DNA of 60,518 bases from positions 128,001 to 188,518 of IMG/VR virus record IMGVR_UViG_3300027509_000001; one strand, written 5' to 3'. Below the pieces are notes generated by a model. It saw only the letters and a program-made list of their open reading frames with translations, ran no database searches and had not been told where the DNA came from. Position numbers and translations under genes: made by a program. Each line of letters begins with the position of its first letter. Positions within the stretch are counted from its first letter, which is position 1. Positions 21,366-29,668 of the stretch are shown piece by piece. The DNA is from a virus. Its lineage: Duplodnaviria > Heunggongvirae > Uroviricota > Caudoviricetes.

Positions 21366-22352
21366 TTAATAATATAAATTTTCTAGCATAGAAATTAATT
21401 TTGGATGCGGATACACGTCACTCTTATCTTTCCTTACATTAGTATGTGAATATAATCCAGGGGCAGGATATAACATAAAACTATCTTTATATTCAAATGC
21501 ATGATGTTTATCAAAGCCAATAGCCAACTCTTCTTTTATTCCACGAGTAATATCTATATTATATTTTCTCCCTAAATGTTTAATTAAACCTTCTAAGGAT
21601 TTTAATTGTTTATCAGTATACGAATGCCAATATTCATAACCTCTAAATGGTTTGTCAAGTTTAGTGACATATTTAGAAGGAACTTCATTACCAGTATACG
21701 TATAATATTTTCCGTATCGTTCTGTTAACCAACCAAAGTTGCAAATTTCTATACCCACTGATTCTTTTACCATTTTACTAGTAATACCATGCCGCTTTGC
21801 TCCTCCTAAATGATAAGCCCAATTACCTTCTGGAAAAGCTTGAACTATAACGCCATCGTGTTTTGCTTCATCAGTTTCAAAATTAATTCCACCAATTACA
21901 AATTCCGTAGCTATTCGACCTCTGGCATCATCGTTCCACCATTTAATAGTATGATATGGATCGTTCCAACCAGCAGTATGATGTAAAAATATCATTGATT
22001 TAGGAGTATACTCATTAACATATTCATCTGCATCTAGGTACCTTTTCTTAATATCAATGTTATTAGTGTATAAAGTTTCAAACATATCTGAAGTATAATT
22101 CATTGATTCGTTATAATCAATTTCATTTGGATTCATTTCATATGTTCCAATTGCAGTAGTGTCTGCGGTTTCAGATATATTTAATGAGGCATGGGTTTTT
22201 AATTTTTTTATAGTATTATCATCTAATTCTCCAGTTGGTCTTAGAGATACCCTCATTTGAAAATTTTTAATTGCAGATTGTGTTGTTGAATCTAAAAAGC
22301 CTGATTCGCTAACGTGGAGGGCTCTTTGTACTGACGAAATTAACGTGCTCAT
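21366..22352 (-). CDS. endolysin: peptidoglycan-binding domain plus N-acetylmuramoyl-L-alanine amidase
   Basis: VQRAL..TQSAIKNFQ..TGELD; IFLHHTAG, SVGIEICN, HTNVRKDKSD. Confidence 0.85.
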   Translation of the reverse strand: MSTLISSVQRALHVSESGFLDSTTQSAIKNFQMRVSLRPTGELDDNTIKKLKTHASLNISETADTTAIGTYEMNPNEIDYNESMNYTSDMFETLYTNNIDIKKRYLDADEYVNEYTPKSMIFLHHTAGWNDPYHTIKWWNDDARGRIATEFVIGGINFETDEAKHDGVIVQAFPEGNWAYHLGGAKRHGITSKMVKESVGIEICNFGWLTERYGKYYTYTGNEVPSKYVTKLDKPFRGYEYWHSYTDKQLKSLEGLIKHLGRKYNIDITRGIKEELAIGFDKHHAFEYKDSFMLYPAPGLYSHTNVRKDKSDVYPHPKLISMLENLYY

Positions 22353-22378
22353 ATGTATTACTTTTATTTATAAGTACT

Positions 22379-22873
22379 TTATGGAGTTGTTAAAAGTAGT
22401 GAACCTGACCATGGAACTGTAAATGATGGGTAAAAATTAGTATATGTTCCGGAAATAGTTAAAAGATGAGCAGCAATACATCCAATTAATATATCCATAA
22501 ATATATCACCGTCCGAGTTTTGCGGAATATTAGGCCCCTGAAAATTTCCCGTATTAGTTATAACCGTTACACCAGTTATTCCTATTGCAGTTTGTCCCAA
22601 CCAATAGGCATATATATAAGGAGATATTTGTTTAAAGAAGTTTATAGCACTTTTGGCAGTATAATTCAACGTTTGCATAGATTGTATACCTTGAATAAGG
22701 GTTGGTAATCCAGTTGAAATGGTTGAAAATGTTCCGCCGCCAGAAAGTGAATCGAAATGCCTTAGTACTAGATTATTATAAGCGGTTGCAAATGCTTGGG
22801 CAAACTTATTTTTATCTTTATGTTGGACAAAGACTTTATTTTTTAACTCAGCCTTAAATAAGTTATAACTCAT
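22379..22873 (-). CDS. hypothetical protein (possibly virion)
   Basis: ORF track. Confidence 0.55.
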   Translation of the reverse strand: MSYNLFKAELKNKVFVQHKDKNKFAQAFATAYNNLVLRHFDSLSGGGTFSTISTGLPTLIQGIQSMQTLNYTAKSAINFFKQISPYIYAYWLGQTAIGITGVTVITNTGNFQGPNIPQNSDGDIFMDILIGCIAAHLLTISGTYTNFYPSFTVPWSGSLLLTTP

Positions 22874-22877
22874 TATT

Positions 22878-23570
22878 TTATCCTATTCCTCTCTCTACAG
22901 ATAAATTTGGATCTGCACTTATCGTCTTATCTCGAGAGTTTATATTGACTAGCGAGGCTCTTTCATTTAAAGTTACGTTATTAACCATAGAATTTCCGCC
23001 TGCCATACTATAATCGTTTAAAATAGAATTAGTTACATTTGCATTTCCATTGACATATGAACCTCCCGTCATTAACGTACTTGTCACCTTTGCATTTTCA
23101 TATACCATTGAATAATTTAATATCTTTGATTTTGTAACAATGGCATTATTTTTAACAGTTGTCATATTGGCAATCCAAGAATCTGTCACTTGAGTGGCGT
23201 TATATATTTTTGCATATTCACCAACATATGAATTATCTACAACTGCATCCTGAAAAATTAAGGCTTTATTAGCCACATATGTAAAATTCTTAATTATAGC
23301 ATTGTCAAAGACCTTTGCGTCATTGTCAATCCAAACTGGATTTGTGACATCTATATTTTTTAAACTTTGAACATAACCTCCAACTGCATATCTATCGATG
23401 TCTGCGGGTTCTGTTAACATTGGAATAGAAGTTTTGTTCGATTCCCCTTGAATAGGAATGTTTATTCTAAATGACTTATTAGAAATAATCCTGTATAACT
23501 TTACTTCTTTTTGAGTTAAGGGATGTTTAATTTTAATAAAATCGTGATTCAATAATTCAATATAACTCAT
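22878..23570 (-). CDS. hexapeptide-like repeat (left-handed beta-helix) protein
   Basis: LYRI..GGYVQS..WIDNDAKVFDNA repeats. Confidence 0.65.
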   Translation of the reverse strand: MSYIELLNHDFIKIKHPLTQKEVKLYRIISNKSFRINIPIQGESNKTSIPMLTEPADIDRYAVGGYVQSLKNIDVTNPVWIDNDAKVFDNAIIKNFTYVANKALIFQDAVVDNSYVGEYAKIYNATQVTDSWIANMTTVKNNAIVTKSKILNYSMVYENAKVTSTLMTGGSYVNGNANVTNSILNDYSMAGGNSMVNNVTLNERASLVNINSRDKTISADPNLSVERGIG

Positions 23571-23615
23571 AATTTTCTTTATTATAAATATCGAAGTTAA
23601 TTGAATTTTATAAAG

Positions 23616-24074
23616 TTAATGCCTAATAATATGATCAGCTGCCTTTGTTGCTATAAGTTCTTCTGGTTTAGATGCCACCTCAAAATTCATACCTCTGACG
23701 TATCCAGTTCCAGCATTTAATACCATATTGGATCCAGCTGTTTTGTCTTTATTATAGTCTAGCTCAATTCGATTAATAGGAATATAATTATCTCGTAAAA
23801 ATATTGCAGCGTCTACTGAATATTCAGCCTCTTTCCATAATCTAGTAAATCTGTCTTTAATTTTAGGAAACGTTCTTTTAACGTAAATTATATGGACGCC
23901 TTTTTTATTAAATTGAAATGCTATAACGGTCGCATACAAAGTTTTCTTGCGGGTATTTTGACTATCAGTGCCAACGTGAATTTTGCCATCAGGATTTTCT
24001 TTTAAAAAATCTTTGGCATATTGTACAATATTGGTAATTTTAGTCCCTTGAATATTTCGATATATTCTTCTCAT
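23616..24074 (-). CDS. RNase H-like YkuK (DUF458) family protein
   Basis: IHVGTDSQ..RLWKEAEYS..LDYN..AADH. Confidence 0.75.
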   Translation of the reverse strand: MRRIYRNIQGTKITNIVQYAKDFLKENPDGKIHVGTDSQNTRKKTLYATVIAFQFNKKGVHIIYVKRTFPKIKDRFTRLWKEAEYSVDAAIFLRDNYIPINRIELDYNKDKTAGSNMVLNAGTGYVRGMNFEVASKPEELIATKAADHIIRH

Positions 24075-24088
24075 AACTTTGATTTTTG

Positions 24089-24159
24089 TACTCCTACCAG
24101 AATTCGAATCCGGACTAAAGGCTTAGAAGGCCCATGTGCTGCCATTACACCATAGGAGC
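24089..24159 (-). tRNA. tRNA-Arg(UCU)
   Basis: cloverleaf; anticodon loop CTTCTAA. Confidence 0.85.
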
Positions 24160-24164
24160 AGATT

Positions 24165-24350
24165 TAATAATATTACTATGTTTCTGCTAGATACCAATTG
24201 GCACCTTTTGGCAATTTCTTTAATTCTTCTTTTAGGTATGAGATGAAACCAACATCTCTTGATATTTAATATACCTGCCATGATATGCAAGTTTTCAATT
24301 GAATATGGTTTACATACCAAATGTCTTGCGTTATCACAATAAAATTTCAT
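24165..24350 (-). pseudogene. small ORF, apparently degenerate (frame runs into tRNA-Arg)
   Basis: HLVC.PYS.ENLH..RCWFH; no stop before the tRNA. Confidence 0.35.
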
Positions 24351-24351
24351 G

Positions 24352-24425
24352 TACTCAATATAGGATTCGAACCTATGACCCCCTCGGTGTAAGCGAGGTG
24401 CTCTGAACCACTGAGCTAATCGAGT
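24352..24425 (-). tRNA. tRNA-Val(UAC)
   Basis: CCTCG-CTTACAC-CGAGG; TTCGAAT T-loop. Confidence 0.9.
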
Positions 24426-24498
24426 ATTATAATACTTGAATATTAATAGTTATAGATAAAATTTACTCTTTACGCTTTAATCTTAACGTATTAATTTG

Positions 24499-24571
24499 AA
24501 AGCGAGAGTGGAATCGAACCACTGTAATGAGGATTGCAATCTCATGCCTAAAGCCACTCGGCCACTCGCTC
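24499..24571 (-). tRNA. tRNA-Cys(GCA)
   Basis: loop TTGCAAT; U73; cloverleaf. Confidence 0.85.
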
Positions 24572-24576
24572 AAATT

Positions 24577-24816
24577 TTATCCGTCGTAATCTGTAAATAT
24601 TAATTTATTTCCTATAACTTTAATATCTGATAATTTAGTATGGTAAATATCATCATCTACAGTAAAATAAACTTTGTTATTTTCCACGTAATCAACTTCG
24701 GAATGAAATTGTTGACTACCACTTGTAACAGTGAATAATGCACCTGGTTTTAATTTTTTTAGAAGCGCATCGTTAGATGATTCATTTAAAGCTTCGTTCC
24801 ATATTTTCTTGTTCAT
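24577..24816 (-). CDS. small protein with MNKKIWNEA leader (putative internal head protein)
   Basis: start moved to ATG 24816 based on the N-terminal motif shared with three other ORFs. Confidence 0.6.
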   Translation of the reverse strand: MNKKIWNEALNESSNDALLKKLKPGALFTVTSGSQQFHSEVDYVENNKVYFTVDDDIYHTKLSDIKVIGNKLIFTDYDG

Positions 24817-24830
24817 ATTAGATTTCCTTT

Positions 24831-25307
24831 TTAATATATATCTTTTCTTTTCAATAAACGTTTTATATACTTTGAATGTTCTAAATTCCTCCAATTGACT
24901 AATCCAACGGTAAAGTGTGGTTTGAAATATGGTTCTCTAGATAATCCAAGTTCTGACCTAATATCATACAGAATTTCTGGATATTTATCTATAGTAAGCC
25001 ACCAATGTTCATTATCACTCTTTAATATGCTGCTAATATCAACACTAACCTTCTTATTTTTATATTTAAGCGACGTTTCTTTCCACTTAATGTCATTAGT
25101 GTATCTATCATTAATAAACGTTGTATGGGCTTTTCTTAAAGGTTGTTGAGTTATTAATTTGAATCGTTTATAAAGATACCAACGCCACATAGCATCTAGC
25201 TCAGTATTAGAAAACAATACCATAGCAGTTTTTTTCCAAGTTCCTTGTCTAGAATGTTTTTTAGTAACATTCTTTGGATCGAATATTATTTTGCCAGTTA
25301 ATAACAT
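24831..25307 (-). CDS. 2H phosphoesterase family protein
   Basis: two HxT motifs (AHTTF, PHFTV) about 70 aa apart. Confidence 0.65.
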   Translation of the reverse strand: MLLTGKIIFDPKNVTKKHSRQGTWKKTAMVLFSNTELDAMWRWYLYKRFKLITQQPLRKAHTTFINDRYTNDIKWKETSLKYKNKKVSVDISSILKSDNEHWWLTIDKYPEILYDIRSELGLSREPYFKPHFTVGLVNWRNLEHSKYIKRLLKRKDIY

Positions 25308-25311
25308 AATG

Positions 25312-25343
25312 CAAATATAATAAATACAAATGACAATTACAAA
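25312..25343 (-). promoter_or_regulatory. Bacteroidota sigmaA-type promoter
   Basis: TTTG-N20-TATATTTG. Confidence 0.7.
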
Positions 25344-25362
25344 AATAAATAACTTTATAAAG

Positions 25363-25454
25363 CAGAAGATAAGGGATTCGAACCCTTAGACCCATTTTTC
25401 AATAGATCGCTTGTTTAGCAAACAAGTGCCGCGCACCATCTCGACCGATCTTCT
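25363..25454 (-). tRNA. tRNA-Ser(GCU)
   Basis: CTTGT-TTGCTAA-ACAAG; long variable arm; G73. Confidence 0.85.
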
Positions 25455-25878
25455 ATATAGTTATATCTTTATCAATTCTGCCTTGTAAATCTTTTTCTAA
25501 TTCTAAAATAGATTGCAATGCATGTGATTCCTTCATATACCTAACGAAGAAATGTGTTACAATAAATAAAATCCCAAGTATTAGCACTCTGATTTTATAT
25601 GCCTGCACAAATAAAGCTAAAATGCCGTAACCATAACCAGCAATTGCACATAAGATGAACACGAAATTAAAATATAATAAATATTTCTTTGTAGGACTGT
25701 TATTATATTTTTTAGCAGTCTGATAGGTATGCCATGAAACTCTAGTATATTGAATAATCACACCAATTAATAATATGACCATTATAGCTATAAGAGAAAA
25801 ATCTTCATTTGCACAATGGAAAAGTGTTTGGTAAGGTTCTCCATTAGAATCAGTATATAACCATTTAATTAAATTCAT
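25453..25878 (-). CDS. three-TM membrane protein
   Basis: three hydrophobic segments. Confidence 0.6.
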   Translation of the reverse strand: MNLIKWLYTDSNGEPYQTLFHCANEDFSLIAIMVILLIGVIIQYTRVSWHTYQTAKKYNNSPTKKYLLYFNFVFILCAIAGYGYGILALFVQAYKIRVLILGILFIVTHFFVRYMKESHALQSILELEKDLQGRIDKDITI

Positions 25879-25918
25879 TAAAAATCTTTTTTAATATATA
25901 GCTTCTATACTTTAAAAG

Positions 25919-26002
25919 TACTCCCGGCGAGACTCGAACTCGCACCCCCAATTACGGAGAACAGGGCTTAAACCTGTCGTGTCTGCATTCCACCACGGAA
26001 GT
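25919..26002 (-). tRNA. tRNA-Leu(UAA)
   Basis: ACAGG-TTTAAGC-CCTGT; long variable arm; A73. Confidence 0.9.
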
Positions 26003-26003
26003 A

Positions 26004-26168
26004 TTATTTCCATTTAGTTTTTCTAAATCTCTTCCAACTTCTAATTATCTCTTTAGCAGAATAATTGCATCCAGAATGTGGTCCACATAAAAGGCAACCA
26101 CGCCTTTCGGATTTTCTTTTAAGCAACTTATAATTTCTAGAGTTAGTTGTTTTAAATGTCTCTTTCAT
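26004..26168 (-). CDS. 54-aa basic Cys/His peptide (not in ORF track)
   Basis: MKETFKTTNSRNYK..GCLLCGPHSGCN..RSWKRFRKTKWK. Confidence 0.55.
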   Translation of the reverse strand: MKETFKTTNSRNYKLLKRKSERRGCLLCGPHSGCNYSAKEIIRSWKRFRKTKWK

Positions 26169-26245
26169 AATACTTTATTTTTAAGTTAATAAACCTAATA
26201 TAAAGTACCTGTTTTCATTTTTATAAATTTTATTTTTTAAAAAAG

Positions 26246-26316
26246 AACCGAATGTAAGATTCGAACTTACACCAAAGGTTTCGAAGACCCTTACGCTGCC
26301 ATTACGCCAATTCGGT
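26246..26316 (-). tRNA. tRNA-Arg(UCG)
   Basis: AGGGT-CTTCGAA-ACCTT; cloverleaf. Confidence 0.85.
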
Positions 26317-26546
26317 ATCTATATTTGGACTAACTTCAACTCCAGCAGTAACTTGAGTAAATGAAACATTCTTTGTCCACCTTTCCCATTCATCATATGT
26401 AATTAAAATTTTAACCAAATCTGTATCTTTTTTATCCAAAGGTAAAACAGTCCAAAATACATCTGGAGATTTAAGGTTAACTACATTTTCAACTTGGTCT
26501 TGGGCAATATATACTCTAATTAAAGACTTTTTAAATTCCTTTTTAG

Positions 26547-26620
26547 TACCGCAGGTAGGGTTCGAACCTACAAATTTCAGGGTCTAAGCCTGTTGCCTAT
26601 TCCAATTCGGCTACTGTGGC
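26547..26620 (-). tRNA. tRNA-Leu(UAG) with short (5-nt) variable loop
   Basis: ACAGG-CTTAGAC-CCTGA then AATTT then T-arm. Confidence 0.8.
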
Positions 26621-26627
26621 AAATAAG

Positions 26628-26699
26628 AAGTCCCATGCAGAATCGAACTGCAACCTTCGGGATCAAAACCCGACGTACTAGCCGTTGTACCATGAGACA
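26628..26699 (-). tRNA. tRNA-Gln(UUG)
   Basis: TCGGG-TTTTGAT-CCCGA. Confidence 0.85.
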
Positions 26700-26768
26700 A
26701 TGATGAGTGGCTGTTCCCACCGCGTAACTAGAAAGTCGTGCCGCCACTCATAGGCTTTATCTTTTAAG

Positions 26769-26839
26769 TTGATTTATTAGGACTCGAACCCAAACCCTGA
26801 GAGCCAACATCTCAGATGCTACCATTACACCATAAATCA
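26769..26839 (-). tRNA. atypical tRNA, Gln-like body, loop UG-UUG-GC (G33)
   Basis: TGAGA-TGTTGGC-TCTCA; U1-A72; canonical T-arm. Confidence 0.65.
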
Positions 26840-27265
26840 ATTTGTTTTAGTGAAAGTTACATTTATTATTGTCATTTGATTACTAGCATTTGAAACTAAA
26901 TGCGGAATATCAACTGGATATACTACAGATTCACCGATAGTATATATGACATTATTAATATCATCGTACAGTTCACCTTGAATAATTGTTATCTTTTCGT
27001 CGCAATCAGGATGAACATGTTTACCAAATTTCGTATGTGGATAAAGTATGGTAATAAAGTTAATAATATTTGGATCTGTCGTTGGAGTTTTCCAGCCAAC
27101 TATTCCAGTATGAAAGGACATTATATTATTATCGCTAACACCTAACAGATCTGAAAACTTTACCACGCTGATATCGTCAATATGAAATTCATTATTACTG
27201 AATTCATTAATTAATGCTTCTGCTTTTTCTTGTGCTTTTACTAATCTATTTTTCAATCTATCCAT
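26837..27265 (-). CDS. cupin-domain protein
   Basis: HVHPDCDEKITIIQGEL..IPHLVSN. Confidence 0.75.
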   Translation of the reverse strand: MDRLKNRLVKAQEKAEALINEFSNNEFHIDDISVVKFSDLLGVSDNNIMSFHTGIVGWKTPTTDPNIINFITILYPHTKFGKHVHPDCDEKITIIQGELYDDINNVIYTIGESVVYPVDIPHLVSNASNQMTIINVTFTKTN

Positions 27266-27310
27266 TGATCTCTTTATTTAACAATAAATATACGATTGAA
27301 TTAATAAAAG

Positions 27311-27399
27311 GGTGCTAAACGGGAATTGAACCCGCAAATTAATTTCTTAATACCCGAGTCACAATCGGGCACGACTAACCAATATTCGTATCTAGCACC
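27311..27399 (-). tRNA. tRNA-His(GUG) with long variable arm
   Basis: G-1:C73; CCCGA-TTGTGAC-TCGGG; variable hairpin ATTAA-GAAA-TTAAT. Confidence 0.85.
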
Positions 27400-27425
27400 A
27401 TGTAAACGCTGTTTCATCTTCTGCT

Positions 27426-27773
27426 TTAATAATCTCGTCCCGAAGTTTCTGTCTCAAATTGTCCTTGCTCTTTACCAGCGTGATTAGAACAATACAACTT
27501 TTTAGTTTTAGTATCTACAAAAATTACATGCTTCCAAGAATTGTATAACGAATGCACTGATAAGGCAGTTCCTTTTCTCAATGTTTGAGTCTTGCCAAAC
27601 ACATCAATTGCCTTAAAATCATTATCAACGTAATACATAGATTCACTTCTACCGTAAAATAATTTGTCAGCTTCTGATTGAGTTTTCACTGGCAATACAT
27701 TTTTGGTATTATCATTTGGATACCTACTTTCTTTTAATTCATTAATTGCTTCATTCCAAATTTTCTTATTCAT
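27426..27773 (-). CDS. small protein with MNKKIWNEA leader (putative internal head protein)
   Basis: shared N-terminal motif. Confidence 0.6.
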   Translation of the reverse strand: MNKKIWNEAINELKESRYPNDNTKNVLPVKTQSEADKLFYGRSESMYYVDNDFKAIDVFGKTQTLRKGTALSVHSLYNSWKHVIFVDTKTKKLYCSNHAGKEQGQFETETSGRDY

Positions 27774-27794
27774 ATTCCCAATCCTAATTATTTG

Positions 27795-27866
27795 CGATCA
27801 TGGAGAATTACGATATCCCGACCCGCGATTTAACAAACCGCCGCTCTGCCTCTGAGCTACATGATC
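27795..27866 (-). tRNA. tRNA-Asn(GUU), atypical T-loop ATCGTAA
   Basis: GCGGT-TTGTTAA-ATCGC; G73. Confidence 0.8.
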
Positions 27867-27880
27867 TTTTGAATTATTTT

Positions 27881-28108
27881 TTAAAATGATATTTTATTTT
27901 GTTTAACTAAGTTTGAAATAGTACCATTGACGTGTATACTATTATCATTACTAGAAGCAGTAATATAATTGGTTTTTTTATCAAGTTTAGTAATTTTTCC
28001 TGACACATAAATGCCTCCATGTTTATGAATTTTAACCAATTGTCCAACTTTTAAATTCTGTTCGGTTAACCTTTCCTGAATTACTTCGTTCCAAATTCTA
28101 TTGTTCAT
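27881..28108 (-). CDS. small protein with MNNRIWNEV leader (putative internal head protein)
   Basis: shared N-terminal motif; SH3-like LKVGQLVKI. Confidence 0.6.
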   Translation of the reverse strand: MNNRIWNEVIQERLTEQNLKVGQLVKIHKHGGIYVSGKITKLDKKTNYITASSNDNSIHVNGTISNLVKQNKISF

Positions 28109-28266
28109 TTTAATTTCCGTTTCTTTTAAATTTCAATTATATTAATGTTAACGAGGTTGACCCTTACTGTTAAAAAACACATTCATATAATATAATCTAT
28201 CATCTAATATTCACGACTTGTGGTAGTCGCAACCATAAAGAATATTAAATTGTCTTTAAATATTTT

Positions 28267-28340
28267 TGGTGGTACCTCGGGACTCGAACCCTGACCTTTC
28301 GGGCTTCAACCGAACGCTCTGCCAATTAAGCTAAGGCACC
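28267..28340 (-). tRNA. tRNA-Phe(GAA), CCA encoded
   Basis: TTCGG-TTGAAGC-CCGAA; ends ACCA. Confidence 0.85.
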
Positions 28341-28567
28341 ATTTAATATGTCCATTTGTTATTTGTACGATATGATTTCTTTAAAGCATCTAATACTAAT
28401 TGTATTTCATATAAGCATTCATTTCTTCCACCACCAACTAATGTAAGGTTGTAAATTCACTCTGTATCGCTTCTTAAAAATCATCTGAAACTTTTGATTT
28501 AATTAAATCTCCCTCGCCCATTTGCCTAGAATCATTAATATCCAATTCATAGTTATTTGCTTTTTAG

Positions 28568-28640
28568 TGGTACCGATCGGTAACGATCCGATTACTTCCT
28601 GTTCTTCAAGCAGGCACTCTACCATTTGAGCTACGGTACC
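28568..28640 (-). tRNA. second tRNA-Phe(GAA), atypical T-loop ATCGTTA
   Basis: CCTGC-TTGAAGA-ACAGG; perfect acceptor stem. Confidence 0.75.
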
Positions 28641-28646
28641 ATTTTG

Positions 28647-28718
28647 CACTTTCAATAGGACTCGAACCCATACCTGCGGGTTTGGAAGCCGCGGTGCTGC
28701 CAATTACACCATGAAAGC
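28647..28718 (-). tRNA. tRNA-Trp(CCA)
   Basis: GCGGC-TTCCAAA-CCCGC; G73. Confidence 0.8.
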
Positions 28719-28745
28719 ATTTTAAAAGTACGAAAAACAACGTCG

Positions 28746-28819
28746 TACCCCCGGTTGGACTCGAACCAACTACCCCACCGTTAAAAGCGGCGTGCTCCAT
28801 CCCGTCAAGCTGCGGAGGC
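28746..28819 (-). tRNA. tRNA-Lys(UUU)
   Basis: CGCCG-CTTTTAA-CGGTG. Confidence 0.9.
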
Positions 28820-28831
28820 GTTTTATTTTAG

Positions 28832-28917
28832 CGGTCATAACGGGACTCGAACCCGCATACAATTTTTCAACTGATGCCACCGTGACAGGGTGGTCGCTTT
28901 CCATTCGCTTCATGACC
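28832..28917 (-). tRNA. tRNA-Asp(GUC) with long variable arm and reduced D-stem
   Basis: CCACC-CTGTCAC-GGTGG; variable hairpin CAGTT-GAAA-AATTG; G73. Confidence 0.8.
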
Positions 28918-28928
28918 TAAATTAAAAG

Positions 28929-29007
28929 TACTACTGGAGGGATTTGAACCCACATTTTCAACCCAGTTACCTTACTCCTGTGTATCAGACAGGGTGGATA
29001 CAGTAGT
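28929..29007 (-). tRNA. D-armless/rearranged tRNA-Ile(GAU)
   Basis: perfect 7-bp acceptor stem; CCTGT-CTGATAC-ACAGG; 7-nt D region; 23-nt variable region; T-arm. Confidence 0.7.
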
Positions 29008-29021
29008 ATGTTAATATATAG

Positions 29022-29110
29022 CGGAAGAAGAGGGATTCCAACCCCCACTACAAGACTAGTTGTAGGCTACGGTTTTCAAGACCGACACAATAGCGTTCTG
29101 TCATTCTTCC
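29022..29110 (-). tRNA. tRNA-Ser(UGA)
   Basis: TCGGT-CTTGAAA-ACCGT; long variable arm; G73. Confidence 0.85.
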
Positions 29111-29339
29111 AAAAATTAAGTGACTCTTCCTTTAGTTCATCTCTAGAATTTTTAAATTCTAATATTTCACGAGTGTGATTTTCGTTGCCATACTTATTAA
29201 GTGAATATCTAAGTCTTCTACCTGAACCTAAATAACCATCGTCTAAATTATTAGTAGAATGCATTCCAATATAATACTTTCCATTTAAATTGTTCGTCGT
29301 TTTATATATGAAGTGATATTTCTTTGCTTTTCTTGCCAT
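29076..29339 (-). pseudogene. truncated GIY-YIG (Seg-like) homing endonuclease
   Basis: FIYKTTNNLNGKYYIGMHST..YLGSG..REILEF; frame runs into tRNA-Ser and lacks the rest of the domain. Confidence 0.75.
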
Positions 29340-29409
29340 ATTAATAATATATAGTTTGAAAAGTACATAAAACAACGAAAGAAATAAAGGAATCGAACAT
29401 TTCCAATTG

Positions 29410-29483
29410 TCGGGGTGATTGGAATCGAACCAACTAACCCATGGCTCCAGACCACGTGCGCTTAAAACCTTAGTCACACCCCG
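29410..29483 (-). tRNA. tRNA-Pro(UGG), atypical C33/A37
   Basis: CGGGGTG acceptor; CGTGG-TCTGGAG-CCATG. Confidence 0.8.
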
Positions 29484-29489
29484 ATTTTT

Positions 29490-29563
29490 GGCAACATGTC
29501 GGGATCGAACCGACTCTATTCCTGGTTGGAAGCCAGGTGCACCACCATTTATGCGTATGTTGC
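29490..29563 (-). tRNA. tRNA-Gly(UCC)
   Basis: CCTGG-CTTCCAA-CCAGG. Confidence 0.85.
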
Positions 29564-29576
29564 AAAATACCCGCCT

Positions 29577-29587
29577 TGTCAAAGAGC
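29577..29587 (-). promoter_or_regulatory. boxA-like antitermination element GCTCTTTGACA
   Basis: close match to rrn boxA; lies in a tRNA spacer. Confidence 0.55.
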
Positions 29588-29668
29588 TTTCATGTATGAA
29601 TTATAATACATTAAATATTTTATTAAGCCGAAACTTGAAAATAATGTATTATAATTCATGCATTTTTG

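Noticed and set aside
25453-25878. Ethylene-receptor-like sensor domain (FILC motif)
   Set aside because: Lacks the following conserved His; similarity too weak to call.
28568-28718. Reading these tRNAs as Ser(UGA) and Gly(UCC)
   Set aside because: Stem register centres the loops on GAA and CCA; the discriminators fit Phe and Trp.
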